Shown: positions 49,561 to 57,726, counted from the stretch's first letter. The stretch is 64,000 bases of DNA from a bacterium (GCA_008933615.1 WBUR01000022.1:2413-66412), one strand, 5' to 3'. The notes: generated from the letters alone by a model not told the origin. Program-made: numbers and translations.

Positions 49561-51735
49561 TTAGAGTAAATAGCGGAAACTTATCAGAATACCTCGGCCT
49601 CGATTTCTAAAGCCGCGAATTTCGGTTGCCTTTTCATCAAAGATATTTTCAACTTTAAAATTGACGATCCATTGCGTGCTCAGCGTAAATCGCGCCGACG
49701 CATCCACGCTCCAGTAACTTTTCAGAGGCGTGTAAGCAAGAGCTCCGTAGGGGCCGAGCGTTTGATCATAAAAGACATCCCGCCGCATTCCCGTGTACTG
49801 TGCATTACCTGTCAATGTGACGTTGCTTTTTACATGGTACGTTACGCCCAGATTTCCCGTATGCGGTCTCCGTATGAGTTTCGAAGTCTTAATTCCCTGC
49901 GTCAGAAACGCTCCGTTAGAATACAGTTGAACATGGTTACCTTGGGTCTGCGCCACATCGATCTTATCCGCGTCATAATTCAAGTGCCCCCGAATCAATG
50001 CACCATTACCGAAGAGGATCAGTTTAGAATTGAGCCGCGCATGGAAACCGGCTTCTATGCCCCGTATGATCTGATCGCCAATATTCAAGTACGTATCGCC
50101 GCGATAGTCGTCACGAAAGAAGTCAGTCCCCAGCGAATCAATTGAGACATTTTTATCCCATAAATACACGTAATCAATATAATTTTTTACTTTGGTGTAG
50201 AACCACGATATGGAAAATCGTACATCGTCCAGTGTTTGTTTAAAACCTAATTCATATGAAACGGACGTCTCCGGTTTTAAATTTTTATTCCCTCTTTGAA
50301 TGTCCGATGTATAATACGTTTCCGGCGTGAATAAACGATACAAAGACGGCGCGTTGAATCCCGTGGCATACGAAGCGAAGATCAGGGAACGTTCCGTTAA
50401 ACGGTAAGAAGGATTAATTTCATACGTAAAATTATTACCGTACGAACTGTGACGATTCACTCGTCCGCCCAAGCCGACGGCATATCTGCTCAAGTTGTCG
50501 TTGATCACTTTCCCCGGTATATCCACATGAACATATCCGTTATAAATCACAGAATGGATATCAAAGGAATCCAAACTTGCCGTACTGCTATATGAAAAAA
50601 ATGGATCCGTGTAAAGAAGAAAAGTGTTTGCCGTCATGGTTTCTTTATAAGTTCCCATCCCTGCAACCCATTGGATCCCATGCAAATTCAAATTAGCCTG
50701 AAATTCATTATTACTTAAAGTTCCCGCATAATCACCTTTAAAATAACTGTGATTTGAATTCCCCATATTATCTACGAAATTAGAGTCGTTAACTGCATTT
50801 CGGGCCGTTGAAGAATATTCTCCCATATAACTAAAACTCAATTGTTCATTCAAACGGTAAGCTGCGCCGTAGCTAAGCAGTTTTCGGTTGAAATCTATCG
50901 TATAGTTTGGGTCGTCAACAAAAGCACCCACGTCCAGGTTGCTCTTTTGGGCTGCATTTTTGTACGAGGCGAAAATATCCCATTTTTCATTTTTATACCC
51001 TATTTTGCCAATCAAGTCCAATTTTCTAAATCCGTCGTTATCAAAATGTTTATACGCGCCTTGCTGCGTAACGGTGTCCACTGCGGCGTTGATGCCATTT
51101 ACTTTTGTATGAACTACTTCCCCGTTAGCGTAAAAACCGTTTGAAAAAGTATAGTTCACATACGCGTTTGGGCTCAACTCCGAAGTTCTTTTGCCGAAAT
51201 AACCCGTTTGAATACCGGCATCGACGTTGAGCCCGGGGGAATTATTTTTCTTTGTAATAATATTAATTACACCGCCGATGGCGGCTGAGCCGTACAGCGT
51301 ACTATGGGCGCCTCTGACCATTTCAATTCTTTCAATATTCGCTAATGACAATTCCGATATATCGGCTGCATTGTCTACGCTGGATGGATCGGTCACGCGC
51401 ATGCCGTCCAACATCACGACGGTATGGTTGCTGTTCGCGCCGCGCATGGAAATGGTCTGAATTGAGCCTTGCGTTTGTTTTGTTCCGACCATATAAATTC
51501 CCGCCTGCTGTTCCAGTAATTCGCCGATATTACGATAGGAGGAATTCTTTATTTGCGCTTCCGTGATAACGGTTACGCTTCTCCCGATATTGGCTGCGTC
51601 TTCCGCGTTGCGAGTGGCGGTCACAATAATTCGATCAAGCACATAATTTTTCAAGCTGTCATTCTGAGACCAGACCGAATCCCCGGACAGGAACAGAAAG
51701 CCAATTGCCAGCGGCCCAACAAATCCATTTTTCAT
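49561..51735 (-). CDS. TonB-dependent receptor, BtuB-like (cobalamin riboswitch-regulated)
   Basis: Signal peptide, TonB box/plug (DRIIVTATR), barrel and terminal F. Start placed at MKNGFVGPLA.... The upstream leader carries a cobalamin riboswitch. Confidence 0.85.
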   Translation of the reverse strand: MKNGFVGPLAIGFLFLSGDSVWSQNDSLKNYVLDRIIVTATRNAEDAANIGRSVTVITEAQIKNSSYRNIGELLEQQAGIYMVGTKQTQGSIQTISMRGANSNHTVVMLDGMRVTDPSSVDNAADISELSLANIERIEMVRGAHSTLYGSAAIGGVINIITKKNNSPGLNVDAGIQTGYFGKRTSELSPNAYVNYTFSNGFYANGEVVHTKVNGINAAVDTVTQQGAYKHFDNDGFRKLDLIGKIGYKNEKWDIFASYKNAAQKSNLDVGAFVDDPNYTIDFNRKLLSYGAAYRLNEQLSFSYMGEYSSTARNAVNDSNFVDNMGNSNHSYFKGDYAGTLSNNEFQANLNLHGIQWVAGMGTYKETMTANTFLLYTDPFFSYSSTASLDSFDIHSVIYNGYVHVDIPGKVINDNLSRYAVGLGGRVNRHSSYGNNFTYEINPSYRLTERSLIFASYATGFNAPSLYRLFTPETYYTSDIQRGNKNLKPETSVSYELGFKQTLDDVRFSISWFYTKVKNYIDYVYLWDKNVSIDSLGTDFFRDDYRGDTYLNIGDQIIRGIEAGFHARLNSKLILFGNGALIRGHLNYDADKIDVAQTQGNHVQLYSNGAFLTQGIKTSKLIRRPHTGNLGVTYHVKSNVTLTGNAQYTGMRRDVFYDQTLGPYGALAYTPLKSYWSVDASARFTLSTQWIVNFKVENIFDEKATEIRGFRNRGRGILISFRYLL

Positions 51736-51780
51736 CTTCACTCCTGTTAATAATAATATTGAACTACACAATAAAAAAAC

Positions 51781-51934
51781 GCGCTTATCGGGTTTACTCA
51801 CATACGTCATGGTGAGCCCTTCGGCGGGGCTCAGGACAAGTTTGTCGAACCATGACCAAGTTTAGTAAAATCAGTCTTCCACTTCGCTCAGACTGAAGGG
51901 TTCTCTTCCATTTGTGAGCCAACCCGATAAGCAC
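51781..51934. mobile_element. MITE-like element with 22-bp terminal inverted repeats inserted in the riboswitch-btuB leader
   Basis: Left end GCGCTTATCGGGTTTACTCACA and right end TGTGAGCCAACCCGATAAGCAC are inverted repeats (19 of 22 match). There are internal hairpins, and the element is flanked by ATAAAAAAA on both sides as a putative target-site duplication. Confidence 0.45.
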
Positions 51935-51936
51935 AT

Positions 51937-51970
51937 AAAAAAATCCTCATTCCGAAAGGGAATGAGGATT
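51937..51970 (-). terminator. riboswitch expression-platform terminator
   Basis: Perfect 12-bp stem AATCCTCATTCC-GAAA-GGGAATGAGGATT followed on the minus strand by T7. Confidence 0.65.
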
Positions 51971-52040
51971 AAATTTAAATAGAATAGTTGTCTATTTGTT
52001 TTTAACACCCGCCTTCCCTCGAGGACTGTTAATACAGTTT

Positions 52041-52190
52041 AGGCAGGTCTCCTGACTTACGAGTTACCGGTCACCTTCCCGCCAGCCGGAGGCTGACAGT
52101 GGATTTCAAATCTCGTTTACAGTTGCGGGGCAGTTCACGAATTTAACGTGATTCCCTTTTCATCACGCCGGAGGCGTGACACCTAAACTA
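52041..52190 (-). promoter_or_regulatory. cobalamin (AdoCbl) riboswitch
   Basis: Minus strand reads ...AAAAGGGAATCACGTTAAATTCGTGAACTGCCCCGCAACTGTAAACGAG...ATCCACTGTCAGCC...GCGGGAAGGTGACCGG...AGTCAGGAGACCTGCC. These match the conserved core, the B12 box (CCACTG) and the 3-prime AGTCAGGAGACCTGCC element of the cobalamin riboswitch. Confidence 0.85.
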
Positions 52191-52263
52191 AAATTACAAA
52201 GAACGATACGCCCGTCAATATAGATTGGAAGAGAGCATTTGTCAAGAAATTTTAAATATTTTA

Positions 52264-53343
52264 TTATTTTTCACTTTTGTACACATCAGCAGAATCGGCC
52301 GCCGGCTTGTTTTGCAGCAGATAATCCAGGCTCCAAACGATGATGGATCCGTCGCCTCCGGTCGAGACGAAATGCCTTCCGTCCGGGAATACATCCATGC
52401 TCCATGCGCCGAGATGATGCGCTTTCCGGATTTCGGTCAGCCTTGCATAATCGCTCGTTCGCCACAATACGATACTCCCGCTCATATCCCCTGTCACAAA
52501 ATACTGATCGTCGGATAAAGAGACCATGCACTTAATCTCGTCTTCATACGATACGATCGTATCCGTACGATCGGTTGTCCGGTTCCATACATGCAAATCA
52601 CCGGCGCCGGCGGTAATGATCTTATTCGCATCGGGCGACAGGAGGCAAGCATTGATCGCGTCGGCTTCGGGGAAATTCTTGATCTCGTGGCCTGCTTTCA
52701 AATCCCATACTTTGACATTTTTATCCCACCCGACGGAAACGATCTTCGAAGCGTCGTTGGTAAAACAAATTGCCGTCACGGCGTCTACGTGTCCGTACGG
52801 CGCGGCAACATCGGCCGCGTGTCCTGAAAAATAATGAAGCTGTTTGCCCGTCTGCGTTTCGTAAAAGGCGATGCTGAAGTGATTTGCAACGACGATACTT
52901 TTGCCGTCGGCGGCAAATTTGACCAGCTGAATATTATTCGTCTGTCCTTTTTTTCCCCACACTTCAGCTTTGGTCTGCATATCATACACTACGACCTGCG
53001 CAGTATTTTGCGTATTGTCGCCGCACGTAGCTGCAAAATATTTTCCATCCGGCGAGATCGCCGCAGATAAAACTGCGTCGGGCTGTTCATCCGACACCCA
53101 AACGCTTTCTCCGTTGGCCGCATTCAGAATCCTTATTTTTTTATCTTCCCCGCCGATAATAAGCCATTTTCCGTCCAATGAAACACTGACGGAATTAATA
53201 CTTTTTTTATTGATCACAGCATACGTTTTTGGGGCTTCGGCCGTTTTATTCTTTGCCGTGTCCGAGGAACAGGCGGCGCAGATCATGCAGACGGTGGCGA
53301 TACATAGCAACGGTTTCATAAACATTATCTCCGGATAATACAA
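52264..53343 (-). CDS. WD40-repeat beta-propeller lipoprotein
   Basis: Lipobox (CAACSS) and multiple WD40-like repeats (...VKVWDL..., ...IVLWRT..., ...IIVWSL...). Confidence 0.75.
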   Translation of the reverse strand: MYYPEIMFMKPLLCIATVCMICAACSSDTAKNKTAEAPKTYAVINKKSINSVSVSLDGKWLIIGGEDKKIRILNAANGESVWVSDEQPDAVLSAAISPDGKYFAATCGDNTQNTAQVVVYDMQTKAEVWGKKGQTNNIQLVKFAADGKSIVVANHFSIAFYETQTGKQLHYFSGHAADVAAPYGHVDAVTAICFTNDASKIVSVGWDKNVKVWDLKAGHEIKNFPEADAINACLLSPDANKIITAGAGDLHVWNRTTDRTDTIVSYEDEIKCMVSLSDDQYFVTGDMSGSIVLWRTSDYARLTEIRKAHHLGAWSMDVFPDGRHFVSTGGDGSIIVWSLDYLLQNKPAADSADVYKSEK

Positions 53344-53455
53344 GTGCGCATGAAAATATTTTCGTGCTTTTTTGATTGAATAAAGTTAACTTACCGAGAT
53401 TCAAAAATTAAATCAAGCTTTAAACAACGTAAAATTTCAGCGATCGGAAGAATGT

Positions 53456-54376
53456 ATGGCCGTGAGAAAAAAGCCTAAACCCAAAAAGCATGTATCCGTT
53501 AAGAAAATTGTCCGAAAAAGTGCGCAGGGTAATAAACGCGTTCCAACAAAGAAAACGACAAAGAAAAGATCAACCCCCCGCTACGTCAGCCGCAATGTGC
53601 CGCAAATCGAAAATTTGTTGTCTGAAATCGAATACGGCGAATCTATTGCCCAATATTTTGACATCCTCTATCCCGAAGAAGTGTTAACGCGCGTTCAGGC
53701 TGCATTCTATGAAATGATCCTTAAAAAGTATAACGTCAAGTCCGCGTGCGATCTCGCCTGCCGGACAGGGCAAACGCTGAAACTGCTGAACAAACTCGGC
53801 ATCAAAAAATTAGCCGGCGTGGATGTAAGTCCTGCTATGATCGCACGTTGTAAAAAGAAACTTCCCAAAAGCGTTCCGCTTTTCATCAACGATGTATATT
53901 TAGCGCCGATGTCCGTGGGCGAAGTAAAATACGATCTGGTGATCTGCACCAAAGATTCCCTCCCGATGGTGTTGGACGATGAAGCGCTGATGAATTTTTT
54001 TGCACAGGCGCGTGAACTCTTGACCGATCAAGGCGTTCTGATCGTGGAAATGTGGAATTACGAAAAAATATGGAGAAATAAGGAACGATTCATGCCCGTG
54101 ATGGACCGGTGCACCAAAAAAGAGTCCAGGCTTTTCTTTCTGGAAAACGATTTTCATCAGGAACTGCTCGTGCGTAACCTGGTTCGCCTGGAGAAGGATA
54201 AGAATGAATGGAGCCTGCGGGCTCTCTCTATTCCCGCAAGGCCGGTCACCCGCAACGAAGTGGAATTTTTTGTGAAGGAAGCGCAATTCTCCAAATGGGG
54301 ATTTTTAGGTTCTTATGGCGGCGGCCCGTACGTGCCGCAAGAGTCGATGTACACGATCCTGATTGCAACAAAGTAA
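53456..54376 (+). CDS. class I SAM-dependent methyltransferase with lysine-rich (histone H1-like) N-terminal tail
   Basis: First 45 aa are about 40% Lys/Arg/Pro (KKPKPKKHVSVKKIVRK...TKKTTKKRSTPR), followed by a Rossmann methyltransferase core (DLACRTGQ...GVDVSPAM...LVICTKDSL). Confidence 0.7.
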   Translation: MAVRKKPKPKKHVSVKKIVRKSAQGNKRVPTKKTTKKRSTPRYVSRNVPQIENLLSEIEYGESIAQYFDILYPEEVLTRVQAAFYEMILKKYNVKSACDLACRTGQTLKLLNKLGIKKLAGVDVSPAMIARCKKKLPKSVPLFINDVYLAPMSVGEVKYDLVICTKDSLPMVLDDEALMNFFAQARELLTDQGVLIVEMWNYEKIWRNKERFMPVMDRCTKKESRLFFLENDFHQELLVRNLVRLEKDKNEWSLRALSIPARPVTRNEVEFFVKEAQFSKWGFLGSYGGGPYVPQESMYTILIATK

Positions 54377-54538
54377 GGAAAATTCGCCACAGAGAACACC
54401 GAGATACATGCTGTTGGTTTTATTTCCGATTCCTAAGTCATCGCTAAATTTTTAAAAAATATTTTTCTCTGTGAACTCTGTGGCTAACCTTGACAAAACT
54501 GATTTAATATACTATATTCGCAACGCCTTTGAATAACT

Positions 54539-54610
54539 GCCGCGTTCGTCTAACGGTTAGGACGTAGCCCTCTCAAGGCTGTAATACGGGTTCGATTCCC
54601 GTACGCGGTA
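54539..54610 (+). tRNA. tRNA-Glu (anticodon CTC)
   Basis: GCCGCGT acceptor stem (G-U at 1-72), D-loop AACGGTTA, anticodon loop CTCTCAA, T-loop TTCGATT, discriminator A. CCA is not encoded. Confidence 0.8.
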
Positions 54611-54618
54611 CGAAAAAT

Positions 54619-54652
54619 AAAACCCGAATACATGATGTGTTCGGGTTTTTTG
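54619..54652 (+). terminator. intrinsic terminator after tRNA-Glu
   Basis: AACCCGAA-TACATGATGTG-TTCGGGTT followed by TTTTTTG. Confidence 0.65.
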
Positions 54653-54670
54653 TTTGGCTTTGTACTATCA

Positions 54671-54988
54671 TCAAAGCTTCGTTTCTATTTCACTTCTTAT
54701 GCGATCCAGGATCTTGTCGATGTTTTTATGAACTTCTTCATCTCTGATTCGTAAAAACCTGACTCCGTAAACCTCTATGATTTTCTGCCTCTCTGTATCA
54801 TACTTCTTTGTTTCTTCCGAGTCATGTGAATAGCCGTCCACTTCGATCGCCAACTTTAGTTCCGGACAATAAAAATCCAGCACAAAAGGACCAACACTAT
54901 GCTGACGACGAAACTTGAAGCCTTCAATCCCGCGATTTCGCAGGCTTTGCCAAAGCAGCCTTTCGGCGCGTGTCGAGCGCATTCGCAA
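54671..54988 (-). CDS. DUF559 (Vsr-like endonuclease fold) domain protein
   Basis: 105-aa ORF (ERLLWQ.LR......FRRQ...G.FVLDFYCPE.KLAIEVDG..H) with the DUF559 signature. Confidence 0.8.
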   Translation of the reverse strand: MRMRSTRAERLLWQSLRNRGIEGFKFRRQHSVGPFVLDFYCPELKLAIEVDGYSHDSEETKKYDTERQKIIEVYGVRFLRIRDEEVHKNIDKILDRIRSEIETKL

Positions 54989-55045
54989 TGCCCGCCGTTT
55001 TTTTTTGAGTATTTTGATTGAATATTTTATTCATTGGGTTCTCTC

Positions 55046-55147
55046 CAACCTCACCCTGTCCCTCTCCTCGATGAGGAGAGGGAACGTACTATCTGAGTCA
55101 GTACGTCCCCTTCTCCTTTTCAAGGAGAAGGGACAGGGATGAGGTTG
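55046..55147. repeat. 102-nt cloverleaf-like inverted-repeat element (three hairpins closed by a 16-bp stem)
   Basis: CAACCTCACCCTGTCC...GGACAGGGATGAGGTTG closing stem. Internal hairpins are CCCTCTCC/GGAGAGGG, GGGAACGTACT/AGTACGTCCCC and TTCTCC/GGAGAA. Confidence 0.4.
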
Positions 55148-55870
55148 CTACACCAACTCCCCTTTAAACGCCCTCTGCATCAAACTCTGAAACAAATTCT
55201 CCAATTCCTGCTCCGTTGCGCGCTGCTTCGCGCGCATAGCTTCGACTTTCTCGACCAGCGCGGCGAATTTATACTGTAAAGAGAGAGGAGGAAGCAAAAT
55301 TGGTATTTGACTAAGATTCTTGTAATAAATAGCAAATACACTAATCGTTCCTGATTTAATTGCCTCAAGTTCAAACTGAATCTTATTGGTTTGGAACAAA
55401 TGATTCACATAGTCAGGCACCGTTTTAGTATTGAAAAGGATTCGCATGATGTTGTTATTGTATAGATGGATTCCATTTTCTCTATACACTGCGGTTTTTC
55501 CAACAAGCTCTCGTGAATTACGAGTGTTGAAAAGAAAATCACCTTTCTTTAGGCAATAAGCTGCTGCTTCCTTCTCTGTAGCATCAACGTAAACCATTTT
55601 GGTAAGGTCAAGACGTCCTGTTGAAACGATGTTATTCATTTTGACATAAGGATATTTCAATTCATCATTTTGCTGCGACGAATTTCTAACCAAACCAAGT
55701 TGAGTATTGGCAACAATATCTTCGAATCTTATTGTTTCCCACCCCTTCGGATTCGTCACGGGATCGCCGAACATTTCGAGGAAGGCGGACTGGAGGAACT
55801 TTTCCGTGAGGTCGATGGTCTGGTGGCGCTTTTCGAGGGCGGCGTCGATCCAACTAAAAATCCCAACAGG
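55148..55870 (-). pseudogene. hsdS: type I restriction-modification specificity subunit HsdS, C-terminal half only (central conserved region, TRD2 and C-terminal conserved region)
   Basis: In-frame translation gives ...IDAALEKRHQTIDLTEKFLQSAFLEMFGDPVTNPKGWE... plus one target-recognition domain and ...LPPLSLQ...LVEKVEAMRAKQRATEQELENLFQSLMQRAFKGELV. The N-terminal TRD is missing. Confidence 0.7.
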
Positions 55871-56501
55871 CTTGCAGGAATACGTCGATCAAGGCCATGG
55901 TTGTGCGGGTCTTGCCCGTTCCCGTGGCCATGACGAGCAGAGCTTTGCGTTTTTTCTTTATTTCAATGGCTTCGCTGATACGGCGAATCGCTTCCGCCTG
56001 ATAGGCACGGTCGACGATGGTTTGCTTGATCTGGATCGTGTTTAACGGAATGCGGTTTTGTTTGATAAAGAGAAGGCGTTCCAGATTTTCACGTGAGAAG
56101 AACCCTGCAACGTGGCGCGGGGCAGATTCTTCGGTATCCCAGAAAAAAGTATCTGTGCCGTTGGCCATGAATGCAAACGGGATGAAGGATTGAGTCTTAC
56201 CGATCTTGGTTACGTAATCGAGAACTTGTTGCTGTCCTACTCTTGCATCCCGGCTGGTTCGCTTGGCTTCTACGACAGCGAGGACTTCGCCGTTGGCCCG
56301 GTATAAACAGTAGTCGGTGATGCCTTCGTGAACCTCACCAGACAGGGAGTGGTCCACCGGAATCTCAAACCCAACCTGCGAACGGTCGGACAGATTCCAT
56401 CCGGCTTTTTTGAGATCGGGATCGATCAGGGAATAACGCGTTTCTTGTTCTGAGACTTTTCTGGGAGACACGGCTTGGCTCCACGATAGGTTCATCCACA
56501 A
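55854..56501 (-). pseudogene. hsdR: type I restriction enzyme HsdR, N-terminal 215 aa only (nuclease motif and start of helicase)
   Basis: PD-(D/E)xK region (DYCLYRANGEVLAVVEAKR) and Walker A (LVMATGTGKTRT). It then stops and abuts the hsdS fragment out of frame. No hsdM is present. Confidence 0.7.
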
Positions 56502-56647
56502 ATGCTAACGGAAAAAATTAGCAATATTTGGGGGAATACGCAAGGGGAAATTCAGGATCAACTATGAGGCAATACTTTCCCTGGTCTGGTTCCATGGTTT
56601 GTCAAATAGCTACTTCGAGCTAAGCCTTGAAACTCAATTCGCAGACT

Positions 56648-56925
56648 TGATTCCTTAATGCCGAGGGGCGGTTCCTTTCCGCGCAGGTTTGGTTCCTTAA
56701 TGCCAAAGTTTGGCATTAAGCGCGCAGATGCGGGTGCTTAATGCCGAGGGGCGGTTCCTTTCCGCGCAGGGTTGGTTCCTTAATGCCAAAGTTTGGCACT
56801 GAGTGCGCAGATGCGGGTGCTTAATGCCGAGACTCGGTTCCTTTCCGCGCAGGGTTGGTTCCTTAATGCCAAAGTTTGGCATTGAGTGCACAGATGCGGG
56901 TGCTTAATGCCGAGGTGTGGAATTG
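56648..56925. repeat. tandem array (about 3.4 copies) of an 83-bp unit containing a perfect 23-bp palindrome
   Basis: Unit GTTCCTTAATGCCAAAGTTTGGCATTAAGCGCGCAGATGCGGGTGCTTAATGCCGAGGGGCGGTTCCTTTCCGCGCAGGGTTG repeats at 56692, 56775 and 56858 with a partial copy at 56648. Core palindrome is TTAATGCCAAAGTTTGGCATTAA. Confidence 0.75.
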
Positions 56926-56945
56926 AGTGCTGGGGTTTGAGAAAT

Positions 56946-57000
56946 CCCCCGCGCTTCGCACGCTATCTGCGGCAGTAGAAATTACTGAAGCGTCGGGGGG
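56946..57000 (-). terminator. GC-rich hairpin downstream of DUF4386 gene
   Basis: CCCCCGCGCTTC...GAAGCGTCGGGGGG imperfect inverted repeat of 12-13 bp with a weak U tract. Confidence 0.35.
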
Positions 57001-57009
57001 TTTTCATTC

Positions 57010-57726
57010 TTATTGCACAGGTACGCTATTCACTGTTTTCTCTTTTGCGCCCATGATCAAAAGCCACAACATAAACGCAACTTCTCCAAGTTCGATAGGC
57101 AAGGCAACCGGGCTGTTTAAAACCATATCCCGGTATTGAGGCATCATGATATCTGTGAAACTCAAGGCCAGATAAAACAATCCGGTGAGCGCTAACCACA
57201 CCCCAAGAAAATGCGGCAGAAAACGGGATCTGTAAACAAGGATCGCTAAAGGAATGAGCCAAAGCCCCCAGAACGCTTCTAATATGATAACTACGTAGTC
57301 ATTAATTTTAAGAAAAAGCATTGCCAGATCTTGTCGTTGAGCAAGCTCGAATGTTTTTAATATTTCGCCCTTAAAGCTCATGAGCGAGGCAATATTGAGT
57401 GCCTCCATAATAAAAATGTTTGGAATTTGCACCATGACCAATGCAACTAAAAGTTTAGCCTGGAACTTGTCGACCGGTTTGAACAATCGGTAAAAAACCA
57501 ATACCATAATGACCCAAAGGGTCCCGCTGAAAATATCATTGACAATGCTGGCCCGAAATAAGAATTCATTGGATAAGATATTCTGGGCCGTAGCAGCCGC
57601 ATCGCCCTTCATATTGATCTGTGAAGGTACGTAAAACATGGCAAAGAGCCCTGTTATGATCCAAATAAGATACAGCAGACCGGCAAACCTTGCCGTGTTT
57701 TTGAGTGAAGTCGAATTCATTTCCAT
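57010..57726 (-). CDS. DUF4386-like membrane protein
   Basis: 238-aa six-TM protein (FAGLLYLIWIITGLFAMFYVP...AAATAQNILSNEFLFR), paralogous to 58184..58945. Confidence 0.65.
   Translation of the reverse strand: MEMNSTSLKNTARFAGLLYLIWIITGLFAMFYVPSQINMKGDAAATAQNILSNEFLFRASIVNDIFSGTLWVIMVLVFYRLFKPVDKFQAKLLVALVMVQIPNIFIMEALNIASLMSFKGEILKTFELAQRQDLAMLFLKINDYVVIILEAFWGLWLIPLAILVYRSRFLPHFLGVWLALTGLFYLALSFTDIMMPQYRDMVLNSPVALPIELGEVAFMLWLLIMGAKEKTVNSVPVQ

Noticed and set aside
51781-51934. Second riboswitch or sRNA in the btuB leader instead of a MITE
   Set aside because: There are no recognisable riboswitch motifs. The 22-bp terminal inverted repeats plus flanking 9-bp duplication fit a miniature transposable element better. 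This remains an alternative if the element is single-copy.
54915-55142. 75-aa ORF spanning the cloverleaf element
   Set aside because: The translation is driven by the inverted-repeat sequence (LTLSLSSMRRGN...). The region is better explained as a structured non-coding element.
55046-55147. tRNA-like or retron-like RNA gene at the cloverleaf element
   Set aside because: Stems are far too long for a tRNA (16-bp closing stem), there are no conserved D or T loop motifs, and no reverse transcriptase gene is nearby. It is kept only as a structured repeat.
56697-56891. 64-aa ORF inside the 83-bp tandem repeats
   Set aside because: Its reading frame is produced by the repeat periodicity and has no start or RBS context.
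56648-56925. Repeat-spacer-like periodicity that might be a CRISPR array
   Set aside because: The segments between the palindromic cores are themselves conserved between units (an 83-bp unit about 90-95% identical throughout). There are no unique spacers, no leader-like AT-rich region and no cas genes.
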